The position numbers and the translations under genes were made by a program. From positions 1,408-65,407 of the forward strand of contig DQIQ01000003.1 in the NCBI GenBank assembly GCA_003942085.1: a DNA stretch of 64,000 nt. Direction: 5' to 3'. Shown here one piece after another: positions 1 to 9,261 of this stretch. A model generated the notes under the pieces. It was not told where the DNA came from. It worked only from the letters and a program-made list of their open reading frames with translations, and did not search any database. Position 1 is the stretch's first letter; each line of letters opens with the position of its first letter. This stretch comes from Thermoplasmata archaeon (GTDB lineage: Archaea > Thermoplasmatota > E2 > DHVEG-1).

Positions 1-381
1 CGGATTTATCCAGTGTGAGAGCGTATCTGCGTCTCCAATCGCTAGTCCCGCGTCAGTAAGGACCATTCCTGCTTTGACGATGTTCGGAAGCGTGTCTCCT
101 TGTGTCGCGACGCCGAAAAACGTATGGTTAACGAGGAAATCCCAGGGTTTTCCGGACCACGGATGATGATACGTATACAGCGTACCTTTAGGGACGCGGC
201 AGAGGACCTGCAAACCAGGTCTGCTCGGGTCTCGAACCTTCAATAAAAGACTATAGTCACCCGCGGTTGCTGAAGAGCTGATTACGATATCTTTGCAGCT
301 TTTCCCCAAAGGAATAATAATGACCGATACAAAAAGGATAGCGATGAATAAACAAGGGAGTATTTTCTTCTTATGTATCAT
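1..381 (-). CDS. Partial (N-terminal 127 aa) secreted Cys-nucleophile Ntn-hydrolase-like protein (peptidase C69/C45-like); remainder lies outside the window
   Basis: Reverse-strand ORF truncated by the window edge, so absent from the supplied track. My translation is MIHKKKILPCLFIAILFVSVIIIPLGKSCKDIVISSSATAGDYSLLLKVRDPSRPGLQVL... It has a hydrophobic signal-like N-terminus, then a Cys followed by an A-T-x-G-D-x-S-x4-K-x-R-D pattern reminiscent of C69-type dipeptidases (C-T-T-x...A-S-x-D-G-S-x4-R-N-E-D). ATG at 379-381. Confidence 0.4.
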   Translation of the reverse strand, partial: MIHKKKILPCLFIAILFVSVIIIPLGKSCKDIVISSSATAGDYSLLLKVRDPSRPGLQVLCRVPKGTLYTYHHPWSGKPWDFLVNHTFFGVATQGDTLPNIVKAGMVLTDAGLAIGDADTLSHWINP

Positions 382-440
382 CAGGGAATAAAATATAGAA
401 TTAAAATATATAAAAGTATGCTCGGAGAGGAGAAGAATGG

Positions 441-1331
441 TTATTCAGGAGTCTCTTCTTTCTTTTTTTTCGTCGGTTTCTTCGCAGCGGTTTTCTTCTT
501 GGTAGTTGTCTTTGCCTTTGTTTTCTTCTTTGGTTTTTCTACTTCCTGTGGTTCTTCAGAGGCAAGCTCTTCTTCGACTGGTGCTTCTTTTTCTTCTTTA
601 GCTTCTTCTTCGTCAGGTTTCTTTTCCGGGAGCTCTTCTTCAGAGGGCACTTCTGACTCTTCCTTGCTTGGCTCTGTGGGTTTTTCAGGCTCTTCTTCTT
701 TTTTCTCTGCTGGTTTTTCGTCTTCGATGATGATCGTCGGTAATCGAATGATTTCTGTCTTGTTTATCTCGATACGTTTCACCGGGTAGTAGATCTTGCA
801 GTGTTTGTAAATCTCGCTGCCGATCCTTCCTTCGAGGCAGTCTTTGATAAAGGAGTTAAGTGTTTTGGCTTTGCCTTCTTTGCTGATGACTTCTTTCATG
901 ACGTTTCTAATGAGTTTCTTCTGCGAGCTTTGGATCCGTTTCTCAGCGATTGCAAAGGGTTTTACTCTCAGAAGCGCGCCATCTCTTGTCTCAACATCGA
1001 ACACGCCGTCGACACGGGATTTTTTTCGTCTGATCATCCGTCGCAGGTAATCTGAGGTGAGCAGATGACCCTTCAGTTGGGTATGTGCCGTGTTTTGTTC
1101 CACTTTATCAATAGCAAAAAGAAGTTTTATATGGGATTTCCGAAAATCGTTGGTAAGGTCTTGCAAGGAAACTTCCGTTACTCTGCCGATGAGGCTGTCT
1201 GGTGTCTCTGAGAGCGTCTCAGCTACAGGAACATTGTTGAATAACGATGGAGCGAGTATCTGATACCAATTTTTTGCTTTCCATCGGTCTTTGACTTTTC
1301 GAGACGTCGTCCGTGCACGTGCTTTGGCCAT
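441..1331 (-). CDS. rps3ae: 30S ribosomal protein S3Ae (eS1) with an unusual ~97-aa acidic-then-basic C-terminal extension
   Basis: The N-terminus MAKARARTTSRKVKDRWKAKNWYQILAP... is the canonical S3Ae start. The ATG at 1329-1331 is preferred over the GTG at 1338-1340 used by the ORF track. The conserved domain ends around aa 200, followed by an E/P/K-rich tail. Confidence 0.9.
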   Translation of the reverse strand: MAKARARTTSRKVKDRWKAKNWYQILAPSLFNNVPVAETLSETPDSLIGRVTEVSLQDLTNDFRKSHIKLLFAIDKVEQNTAHTQLKGHLLTSDYLRRMIRRKKSRVDGVFDVETRDGALLRVKPFAIAEKRIQSSQKKLIRNVMKEVISKEGKAKTLNSFIKDCLEGRIGSEIYKHCKIYYPVKRIEINKTEIIRLPTIIIEDEKPAEKKEEEPEKPTEPSKEESEVPSEEELPEKKPDEEEAKEEKEAPVEEELASEEPQEVEKPKKKTKAKTTTKKKTAAKKPTKKKKEETPE

Positions 1332-1454
1332 ACATATCACTTATGTTGTAATCAATTTTTTATTAAGGGATTTTTGCTGTAATGGAGTACTTATACTTAA
1401 ATGCTACTGGTAAGCGCCCCTTGGAATAAACCCGATATTTCTCTAATAAATCAT

Positions 1455-2252
1455 TTAAAAGGCATCAATAATCGTCAGATTTCGTTCTTTTCCTCTTTGG
1501 TGTATTTCCTTTCTTATACTCTGATAATAGTCTGTGTCCTCCCAGACGTTTCTTGAAAAAACCTGATACATCTCCGGATGGTGGCTCAATCTCATCGAAA
1601 TGTTCTCCCAGATTCCTGGTTTGCTGTTCAGCCGATCAATCCATATCTCTGACGCACCAGACTCTTTGAAACGCTCAATGATGGAAGGGATGTCACCAAG
1701 CGTGATCGTCGGATAGACCGGGCCAAAGAAGATCGCTGTTTTCACCCCTGCATCAGATAGCTTCCTTAATGCAGCAAGCCGATCTGGAATGGGGGATGTG
1801 AACGGCTCAAGCAGTCTGCGTTCTTGGTCATTCATTGTTCCAATGCTCATCATCACCTGGGCGTCTGAAAACCGAGAGATGATATCGATGTCCCGGGTTA
1901 CGAGTGCTGATTTTGTCTGAATATGAGCAGGAAAATCATGACTCACGAGTTGCTCAAGACAAAAGCGCGTCAGAGAATAGTTCTTCTCAAGTGGTTGATA
2001 GGGGTCAGTGACCGTTGATATGCCAACCACACCAGGCTTTTTTGTTTTCAGCTCCTTGGCTAAGATAGCAGGGATGTTCGTTTTTACTCCGATGCATTCG
2101 CCCCAATATTCTCGTGGTATCCGAAGGACGTTTGGTGCATAGCAATACGCACAAGCATGCATGCATCCCCGGTAAGGATTCAAGGAATATTTCAGCCCAG
2201 GTAGTGTAGAAACAGATAACGCGGTTTTACAGACCATCTCTTGTATCTCCAT
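1455..2252 (-). CDS. Radical SAM protein, SplB/COG1533-like (DNA-repair photolyase-like family)
   Basis: CxxxCxxC cluster motif in LNPYRGCMHACAYCYAP. Size (265 aa) and overall pattern match the spore-photoproduct-lyase-like radical SAM family. Its start lies 1 nt from the nreA stop. Confidence 0.7.
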   Translation of the reverse strand: MEIQEMVCKTALSVSTLPGLKYSLNPYRGCMHACAYCYAPNVLRIPREYWGECIGVKTNIPAILAKELKTKKPGVVGISTVTDPYQPLEKNYSLTRFCLEQLVSHDFPAHIQTKSALVTRDIDIISRFSDAQVMMSIGTMNDQERRLLEPFTSPIPDRLAALRKLSDAGVKTAIFFGPVYPTITLGDIPSIIERFKESGASEIWIDRLNSKPGIWENISMRLSHHPEMYQVFSRNVWEDTDYYQSIRKEIHQRGKERNLTIIDAF

Positions 2253-2253
2253 G

Positions 2254-3546
2254 TTATCTCACCAGGAAATCCTCAAGTCGCCGCTGGTACAGCTGATTCT
2301 TCAGCACCGCGCTGTTCCGTATCCAACGCTGCACCGGGATGTCCATGATCTCAGAGACATAAACGAGTGATTCGGCTACGGTATTGAATTTTCTAAATGG
2401 TTGGATCAGGGCGCTGCGCACGCTTTCGCGCACGTTCCAGACACCGATCGGCATGATATACCCTGGGTGTGCCTCACGCAGGATCACCACACCAGCCTGT
2501 CTTCGTTCCTTGTTAAGCAACTCGTTGACCGCAAGACGTGCAGCGTAGTAACAGCCGCCGATCTCTGCATACGTCGTCCGACCATCGTAAAACTCGTAAC
2601 TATTGAAAATCGAAATACCGGTGCCATACTGGTTCCAGGTCGTATTCGGATACCACGCCTCGATAAGCTCATACTGCCATTCCGAAGGCGTCAATAAGAC
2701 AATCCAGCGGTTATCAAACTGATTCAGGTAATACGCACGCACCTCATTGATGAGCGGGTATGTCTTTGTTTTTTTCATGAGCTCTGAGCCAAGTGTGGAA
2801 TCAACCGCGGTGATGCTCCATCTTGTCGGAACAAAACGTCGGTTTTTTTTAACACCGAACGCTCCTACGCTGAACGCACGCTGGATCTTTGAGATCAATA
2901 CCCCGTTTTTGTAGATATCAAGAATAGCGTCCTTTGCTTTCAGATCAGTGTCATAGAATGCTTTTTCGATGTGCTGCTCGTATTTTGGGTTCGTGATATC
3001 CAATGTTTTCAGGGGAGCTGAAGGCCCATGTGGTTGTATTTCATCATAGAATGCTATCTTCCCGTACGGTTTTTTTTCGAACACGGCATCGGCATATACC
3101 GCGTTTTTTGACAACGCTAGCTCTCTGGTGAACTCCACTACGCGGGATCTGCTTTCGACATCCATGATGTCGACGGTGTATTTTCCCCGGACGAGCTGAC
3201 TGCGGAAATCCACGATGTCATCGAGTGTTTTACCGAGCCATCGCTCTGGGGTATCGATTTCAGAGGTGTCCCCCATCACTGGTGGGATCATCGGACCGAT
3301 CGCGACTTTCGGGTACCCTATCCTTCCGATAAACACACTTGGGGGTGATGAACCCTCCAGACGTACACTATCGAGAAATGGTTTATGCTTCACCTTAGAA
3401 TGATAACGGACGATGACCGGGCATCGGGCTTTACCACAGAGAAATTTCGTTCCACGACACAGAGCGCATACACTCGTCGATCCTTTTTTCTCAACAGGTA
3501 AAAGCTTTTTTTGATTCTTTAAAATATCCTGCACCATATCCCCCAT
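2254..3546 (-). CDS. nreA: Archaeal Nre-family DNA repair protein
   Basis: N-terminal Cys-rich segment CALCRGTKFLCGKARCPV plus a 430-aa length and conserved C-terminal region (GGCYYAARL...REAHPGY) typical of NreA (COG1602). Confidence 0.75.
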   Translation of the reverse strand: MGDMVQDILKNQKKLLPVEKKGSTSVCALCRGTKFLCGKARCPVIVRYHSKVKHKPFLDSVRLEGSSPPSVFIGRIGYPKVAIGPMIPPVMGDTSEIDTPERWLGKTLDDIVDFRSQLVRGKYTVDIMDVESRSRVVEFTRELALSKNAVYADAVFEKKPYGKIAFYDEIQPHGPSAPLKTLDITNPKYEQHIEKAFYDTDLKAKDAILDIYKNGVLISKIQRAFSVGAFGVKKNRRFVPTRWSITAVDSTLGSELMKKTKTYPLINEVRAYYLNQFDNRWIVLLTPSEWQYELIEAWYPNTTWNQYGTGISIFNSYEFYDGRTTYAEIGGCYYAARLAVNELLNKERRQAGVVILREAHPGYIMPIGVWNVRESVRSALIQPFRKFNTVAESLVYVSEIMDIPVQRWIRNSAVLKNQLYQRRLEDFLVR

Positions 3547-3597
3547 GGTCCAAATCTTCTTTTATACTTATATCAGAGAGCAGTGAAAGTATATAAT

Positions 3598-3990
3598 TCA
3601 TTCGCCTTGCACTTTTTTTCGTAAGGTCTGCAACCATGTCGGCATTCCTTCGACGGTTCGACAGGGGCAACGTTTCGCGAACACCTCACGATACTTCACA
3701 ATACATCCGACGCGATTCTCCAGATGCTTTTTGATTGATAAACACAGCCTGCCGCCACGCCAGTCCCAGTCAGTGAGAAGGATGATCCGCTGATGTGATG
3801 AGGCAACCATGTCGCAGAAATCCGACACGGACTGTCCTTTGTTAAACCTGATTACTTCACCAGGCATCTCAAGGATTCGCAATGCTGCGGCATCTTTAGC
3901 CCCTTCAACAATAATCGGTACAGTGGTATTCTCCTGGCGTAGCTCTGCCAGTGTTTCTTCAAGTTCATCTAAAGCTTCTTGGTCATTCAT
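3598..3990 (-). CDS. Small Toprim-domain protein (UPF0292 / RNase M5-like)
   Basis: IIVEGAKDAAAL...(acidic) ILLTDWDWRGGRL pattern of a stand-alone Toprim domain; 130 aa. Confidence 0.65.
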   Translation of the reverse strand: MNDQEALDELEETLAELRQENTTVPIIVEGAKDAAALRILEMPGEVIRFNKGQSVSDFCDMVASSHQRIILLTDWDWRGGRLCLSIKKHLENRVGCIVKYREVFAKRCPCRTVEGMPTWLQTLRKKVQGE

Positions 3991-4300
3991 GCAAGACTTC
4001 CCCTAACTTCTTGCACACCGACTCAACCGAAATAGTCTTCAACGAGAGGGTTTTTTCCCTGCTTTTTTGTCCGCTTATTAAAGTAACATCATGGTCAGCG
4101 ATATGGAAAAAACTCGCAATTTCTCTAAGCACCTCAGCATTTGCCTGGTTTTCTTTTGCACAGGCACCTACCTTTATTTCGATGCACTTTCGCCATTGGT
4201 TATACCCTGCAGGGAATTCAGGGTGCGATGATCCAGGTACCACATGGACCCGAATCAGGATTCCATCCTTTGAACATTTCACGGCATCGGTAAAAACCAT
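3983..4300 (-). CDS. DUF167 / YggU-family protein
   Basis: ILIRVHVVPGSS...IEIKVGACAKENQANAEVLREIASFF...VTLISGQKSREKTL matches the DUF167 pattern (V.P.a....ApP.dGkAN..l..fla......v.i..G..sr.K). It overlaps the downstream Toprim gene by 8 nt. Confidence 0.65.
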   Translation of the reverse strand: MVFTDAVKCSKDGILIRVHVVPGSSHPEFPAGYNQWRKCIEIKVGACAKENQANAEVLREIASFFHIADHDVTLISGQKSREKTLSLKTISVESVCKKLGEVLHE

Positions 4301-4325
4301 AGTTCCCCGATAAAAAACCCTAGTT

Positions 4326-4676
4326 TTATTTTTCAGACAGTTTGAGGATTGCTTCCGCGATATCGCCGTTGGTTTGTGTTAGGGCAGCGCGCGCCTCAGC
4401 TTCAGATTTCCCTGTCTGCTCCATGACCAGTTTAATATCCTCATTCATGGTATCTTCTTTCTCTCCACCCCTGTTTTTAATGGATGGCTCACCGATGATC
4501 TGAAACGTTTTCTGCCCTTGGGCCTCCATCAAAGTAACCTCAGCAGAATCAAACACATACTCCTTGGTATCGGTCTGGATGATTACCTTTTCTACGTTAT
4601 CGATGTTCTTGACGTTGATCCCGAAACGTTTCATCATCTGAGCAAGCTGCCTACCATTCATCTTTCCTGGCATCAT
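4326..4676 (-). CDS. nac: Nascent polypeptide-associated complex protein (NAC domain + C-terminal UBA)
   Basis: MMPGKMNGRQLAQMMKRFGINVKNIDNVEKVIIQ... NAC domain followed by a UBA-like end (DIKLVMEQTGKSEAEARAALTQTNGDIAEAILKL). The ATG at 4674-4676 is preferred over the upstream TTG. Confidence 0.85.
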   Translation of the reverse strand: MMPGKMNGRQLAQMMKRFGINVKNIDNVEKVIIQTDTKEYVFDSAEVTLMEAQGQKTFQIIGEPSIKNRGGEKEDTMNEDIKLVMEQTGKSEAEARAALTQTNGDIAEAILKLSEK

Positions 4677-4740
4677 AGGTAACAAACCCTCGTATGGTTC
4701 CGAAGCATATATAGAGTTCTATTCGTTTAACATTTTTGGT

Positions 4741-6192
4741 ATGATTCTAGAAGCAGAAATGAAGGTCTTGGATAGGAATTCAGAGTATTTTGGTGTGCCG
4801 ACATTACAGCTCATGGAAAATGCAGGAAAAGGTGTGGCTGAGTTTGTGAGAAACACAGTAAAAGACACCAAGAAAAACATACTCATCTTTTGCGGTACCG
4901 GTAACAATGGTGGAGATGGGTTTGTCGCTGCCCGGTACCTTACGCAATACTATAAAGTTACTGTTTTTCTTGCAGGAACCGAGATTAAAACAGAGATCGC
5001 GTCGAAAAATTTTCAGAAGCTTCAGACCTACGAAGTTAAGATCTACAGCTCACCTCGTGATGTCGATGGTCTCCTGGCAGAAAACGATGTTCTCATCGAT
5101 GCGCTCCTGGGGACTGGTCTGACTGGTGAGCTCAAAGAGCCGTATGCGACCATCGTAAAAAAAATCAACGATGCAAAGAAAAAAATGATTGTTTCTGTCG
5201 ATGTCCCCACTGGTCTTGGCTTCACTATAACCATTACTCCTGATTACACCGTCACCTTTCATGACATAAAAGAAGGGATGAACAAGGAGAACAGTGGAAA
5301 GATCACTGTTGTCGACATCGAGATCCCTCAAGAAGCGATCACCTACGTCGGACCTGGAGAGCTTTCTGTGTATTATCCACGTCCAGCAAAAAAATCGCAT
5401 AAAGGGGATAACGGCATCGTCCTCATAATAGGAGGTGGACCGTACATCGGGGCACCAGCTCTCAGCGGTCTTGCTGCACTGCGGACCGGCGTTGACCTTG
5501 TGTACATCGCGACGCCAAAACGCTCCTGGGAATCCGTTGCTGCTTTTTCACCAAACTTCATTGTTAAGGACCTACACGGTGATATGCTTACAAAGAACGA
5601 TATCCCAAGTATCGAAGAGCTTCTCGCCAAATGCACCGCGGTCGTTCTGGGTCCGGGGCTTGGAACTGCAAAAGAAACCGAAGAGGCGATCATCCCGTTG
5701 GTACAACACATCATTGCAGAAAAGAAACCGTTGGTCCTTGATGCTGATGCCATCAAACCAGTTGGGGAAAACCTCTCACTCATCAGGGATTCAAACACGG
5801 TGGTGACCCCGCATGTCGGAGAATTCAAAAAACTGACGGGGATAACCCTTTCACAGGATCTTGATGCAAGAATAAACGCGGTGAAAGAATGGGCTGAAAA
5901 GCTCGGGGTGACGATTTTCCTGAAAGGATATATCGACATCCTGTGCGACGGAACAGCAGTCAAACAAAATAAGGTACATAACGAAGCAATGACGGTCGGC
6001 GGGACCGGGGACGTCCTTGCAGGCATCATCGGAGCGTTGCTCTCAAAAGGAGTAAAGCCATTTGACGCGGTCCGGATCGCTGCATTCCTCAACGGGGAAG
6101 CAGGCAACGTAGCTTTCCAGAAAAAATCCTATGGGCTGCTCGCCACCGATATCATCGATGAAATCCCCACAGTCCTAAAAAAATACCTCTAA
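4741..6192 (+). CDS. nnr: Bifunctional NAD(P)H-hydrate repair enzyme (epimerase YjeF_N + ADP-dependent dehydratase)
   Basis: YjeF_N motif CGTGNNGGDGFVAARYL and the carbohydrate-kinase C-terminal motif GGTGDVLAGIIGALL; 483 aa. Confidence 0.9.
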   Translation: MILEAEMKVLDRNSEYFGVPTLQLMENAGKGVAEFVRNTVKDTKKNILIFCGTGNNGGDGFVAARYLTQYYKVTVFLAGTEIKTEIASKNFQKLQTYEVKIYSSPRDVDGLLAENDVLIDALLGTGLTGELKEPYATIVKKINDAKKKMIVSVDVPTGLGFTITITPDYTVTFHDIKEGMNKENSGKITVVDIEIPQEAITYVGPGELSVYYPRPAKKSHKGDNGIVLIIGGGPYIGAPALSGLAALRTGVDLVYIATPKRSWESVAAFSPNFIVKDLHGDMLTKNDIPSIEELLAKCTAVVLGPGLGTAKETEEAIIPLVQHIIAEKKPLVLDADAIKPVGENLSLIRDSNTVVTPHVGEFKKLTGITLSQDLDARINAVKEWAEKLGVTIFLKGYIDILCDGTAVKQNKVHNEAMTVGGTGDVLAGIIGALLSKGVKPFDAVRIAAFLNGEAGNVAFQKKSYGLLATDIIDEIPTVLKKYL

Positions 6193-6232
6193 ATTTTTGT
6201 ATAACCGGTGAGGTCAAAGAATCCTTCAGTGT

Positions 6233-6523
6233 TTATTCCCAGATCGCTTTGACTTCCTGATGCTCCACAAGATCCCCTGCGAATTGATACAGCACCCAGG
6301 CCAGAAAAGCAGGCTCTTGTTGTATTTCCACTGAGAGCGCTGCAGAAACCTTTTTTTTCATTTCCACTTCAAGTTTATCAGGGTTTGCCGGCCATTCTGC
6401 GTACTGGTATTTCTTCATCCATTCCGCGGTCTGTTCGATCGACTCGGTTTTCCTATCAGCGAGTTTCCGCACCGCTTTTTCGGTTTTTTTCACAAACACT
6501 CCAGATGATTTCTTCTCCCACAT
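6233..6523 (-). CDS. Hypothetical protein (96 aa)
   Basis: ORF with an ATG start in an otherwise unassigned gap. No motif recognised. Confidence 0.4.
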   Translation of the reverse strand: MWEKKSSGVFVKKTEKAVRKLADRKTESIEQTAEWMKKYQYAEWPANPDKLEVEMKKKVSAALSVEIQQEPAFLAWVLYQFAGDLVEHQEVKAIWE

Positions 6524-6619
6524 TATTCTATCCTCACCCGTGATATCTTTTCAGGTCATAAAAGGCTTTACTTCAAGGTTGATAAACTTTTTATAACGGC
6601 TTAATCATCAGCAATTCAA

Positions 6620-8194
6620 ATGAAAAAAACAATCCTGCTGCTTGGATCCTTCATCGTCTTTTTACTTATTGCTCCCTCAACAACCGCAATCTTTCCATCT
6701 TCACATCAACTTGTCGGAACACTTGCTTCAGATTCGAACGCGTTTTTTATTGGGAAAACCAAAATCTCTGGGACCTTCACAGGGTACCCGATTGAACAAC
6801 TGATCAACTCATCCATAGTTCATGACATGAAAGCGTTTCCGCTGGTTGGAGCAAGTCGGATATCGAATCTTGATTCGGTCATCGTCGCAGAAGACATCAA
6901 TATCTCCTCCGTCTCCTCCTTTGGAGAATTATACCTTAAGTATTATGATCACATCACCCGATACTTTGATGTTGACATCACCACGGACAACGGTATCGTC
7001 ATCCTTGGAATGAACCAAGGAGGCATGACTGTTTCCTCAGACCTCAGCTACGCACTCACCGCGTTTCTCCCCATGGAAATCATCCCTGGTGCGGCGACAA
7101 GGTTTTTCTTTACGGCAGCTTCTGTTCCGCTCACGATGCAATGTTCTGGGGACTTATCGGTGCTCACCCAGTTTTCCAATACAAGTACCATCAGAGTGAT
7201 AAATAAACAGGGGATGACGCTCTGGAGTGGAGCGTCACAAAATAACTACCTGGTGATTGGGAATAATCGATTTTCTGTCACTCAACAACCACCTGTGTTT
7301 CTCTTTCCGCTTGACGATGCTACCTCAAACGCATCGCTACAGTTGTCCATCTCACCGGCTGACCCCAAAGATATCAAAATTGAACAGCTCATTGAAGATA
7401 TCTCTGATACTGTAAAAAAAATTGGGGGATACAACACCACAGAGCTCATGAACAACACTGATATGTTTGACACCATTGTAAAAACAACCACCTTTAGTAC
7501 AAACGGAGCGATGATCCTCCTTCGCACCAATGATACAGTGACCATTGATGAGTCGACACAACGTTTTACTTCTATGGGGTTTGCTCGCTTCAGCACCCTT
7601 GACTATACTAGTCTTACCTCTTCATCAGGATCAACCATCCAAGCGGACTGTACCCTCATCTACCTTGGGGATCATTTCTACAATCCACAGGCAAAACAAA
7701 ACGCTGATGGGACCGCATTTCCCTACGAGGTGCTTGTCATCTGGATCTTTGCCCTCTGCGTCTTGGTGTATATCATCTTTTTTTTACGACCAAAGGTCAG
7801 CGAAACAAGAAACCGTATGATCAGCAGATATGCTCTTGTTCTTCATGTTGTGTTACTGATCATTGCAGTTCTTTTGCTTGATGGTGAAATCAACGACCTG
7901 TTTGGTATAAGTGCTTTTACGGCGCTTGCCTCCCAAGGGTTCTCAATGATCACCGGAGTGCTCATCTTTGTTGAAGTGATCCTCTGGGTCCTTGGGTACT
8001 TCATTTTGGCCATCCCTATGAGAATCCTGGTTAACTCTGGCCTGCGGCTCCTGAGCATCGGAAAAGGGGGAAAAGGGATCGGTAAAGCAATCGGTGATCT
8101 TTCCATCTGGGTTTTTTGCAGGTTTTATCTGCTCTTGTTTTTGAACATCATCTTTTCTGTTATCCACTTCAATGGCCTTTTTCCCGGAGGATAA
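6620..8194 (+). CDS. Hypothetical surface/membrane protein: signal peptide, ~360-aa ectodomain, C-terminal ~4-TM module
   Basis: N-terminal MKKTILLLGSFIVFLLIAPSTTA signal-like segment. Several hydrophobic helices follow after aa ~370 (VLVIWIFALCVLVYIIFFL, ALVLHVVLLIIAVLLL, ITGVLIFVEVILWVLGYFILAIP, IWVFCRFYLLLFLNIIFSVI). Confidence 0.6.
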   Translation: MKKTILLLGSFIVFLLIAPSTTAIFPSSHQLVGTLASDSNAFFIGKTKISGTFTGYPIEQLINSSIVHDMKAFPLVGASRISNLDSVIVAEDINISSVSSFGELYLKYYDHITRYFDVDITTDNGIVILGMNQGGMTVSSDLSYALTAFLPMEIIPGAATRFFFTAASVPLTMQCSGDLSVLTQFSNTSTIRVINKQGMTLWSGASQNNYLVIGNNRFSVTQQPPVFLFPLDDATSNASLQLSISPADPKDIKIEQLIEDISDTVKKIGGYNTTELMNNTDMFDTIVKTTTFSTNGAMILLRTNDTVTIDESTQRFTSMGFARFSTLDYTSLTSSSGSTIQADCTLIYLGDHFYNPQAKQNADGTAFPYEVLVIWIFALCVLVYIIFFLRPKVSETRNRMISRYALVLHVVLLIIAVLLLDGEINDLFGISAFTALASQGFSMITGVLIFVEVILWVLGYFILAIPMRILVNSGLRLLSIGKGGKGIGKAIGDLSIWVFCRFYLLLFLNIIFSVIHFNGLFPGG

Positions 8195-8197
8195 CCG

Positions 8198-8947
8198 ATG
8201 CGCCCTCTGCTTCAACCAATCATAGATGAACCAGCACTTCTGCTAAAGGAAAAAAAACTGCTTATTATTGCTGATCTCCATATCGGTATTGAGTCTGAGC
8301 TTTTTGAAAACGGGCTGCAGGTGCCATCCCAGACCAACGTAATGGAACAACGATTGATTTCGATTCTAACGACACATAAGATAAACGATATTATTTTCCT
8401 TGGTGACATTAAACATAATATCCCATCCTCGACCATTCAAGAACGGACCGATGTCAAAGCATTTCTAAGCATCATTCAAGCCTATGGAGCCCTTCACGTC
8501 TTGCCAGGGAACCATGATGGGAACATCGATCGATTTCTTCCGCCAGCAATTAAACTGTACCCCTCTGATGGTTTTGTGTTTGAGGGCATAGGGTTTACGC
8601 ATGGCCATAGACGACCCTCCAAAGAAGTTATGCAATGCGAACAGGTTGTTATCGGTCACACACACCCGACGGTCATGCTGACCGACCGTCTGGGATATCG
8701 GACATTCGAACAATGTTGGTTGCGGAGCATCCCTCTTGCTGAGAAACTGACAGAAAAATACCCGACCTCAACGACATCCGAGATTCTGATCATGCCTGCG
8801 TTCAATCCGCTCTGTGGAGGCATCGCGGTGAATCGCGATTCTCTTCTGGGGCCGTTTCATTCCCTCATCGATGTGGACAACGCTGACCTTTACCTCCTGG
8901 ATGGTTCGTCACTAGGCAAAGTTAAAGACCTCAAAGAATCAAGTTAA
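8198..8947 (+). CDS. Metallophosphoesterase (calcineurin-like, COG1407-type)
   Basis: Motifs LIIADLHIG, FLGDIKH, LPGNHD, GFTHGH, IGHTHP. It starts 3 nt after the upstream membrane-protein gene. Confidence 0.75.
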   Translation: MRPLLQPIIDEPALLLKEKKLLIIADLHIGIESELFENGLQVPSQTNVMEQRLISILTTHKINDIIFLGDIKHNIPSSTIQERTDVKAFLSIIQAYGALHVLPGNHDGNIDRFLPPAIKLYPSDGFVFEGIGFTHGHRRPSKEVMQCEQVVIGHTHPTVMLTDRLGYRTFEQCWLRSIPLAEKLTEKYPTSTTSEILIMPAFNPLCGGIAVNRDSLLGPFHSLIDVDNADLYLLDGSSLGKVKDLKESS

Positions 8948-9003
8948 ACTTAAATACATCATGTAATATACGAAACCGACTCAAAACTATATCTTGATGG
9001 CCT

Positions 9004-9180
9004 ATGGAACTTAATATATCGGAAAAAGTCGGAAGCCTGTTGCAGGCGTTATTTCTCCTTATTCTACCTTGGGTTGTCCTGCTGATCGGGCTTGCGGTGA
9101 CATTTGACAATGTCTGGTTTTACCTGCTCGATATCACTTGGTTCGGTTGCGGGTTAGTCTTTTTTGGAACATTGAATTAG
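9004..9180 (+). CDS. Candidate small membrane protein (58 aa, two hydrophobic helices), below the ORF-track size cut-off
   Basis: My translation is MELNISEKVGSLLQALFLLILPWVVLLIGLAVTFDNVWFYLLDITWFGCGLVFFGTLN*. It fills an otherwise empty ~300-bp gap. Confidence 0.3.
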   Translation: MELNISEKVGSLLQALFLLILPWVVLLIGLAVTFDNVWFYLLDITWFGCGLVFFGTLN

Positions 9181-9261
9181 CATGGCAGCGTGTGACTCGT
9201 TTTTCTTTAAAACCAAAATCATTTAAATCACCTACCTTATTCTGTTTTCCTGTTGATCGGG

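Noticed and set aside
373-789. 138-aa plus-strand ORF (Ser/Phe/Gly-rich) opposite the S3Ae tail
   Set aside because: It is the antisense mirror of the low-complexity GAA/AAG-rich region encoding the S3Ae tail. It has no start context or motifs. It is a typical shadow ORF.
5373-6107. 244-aa minus-strand ORF antisense to nnr (and similar long antisense ORFs at 43679-44200, 13057-13590 and 53376-53903)
   Set aside because: Each is embedded in a gene with strong family motifs on the opposite strand and has no recognisable features of its own.
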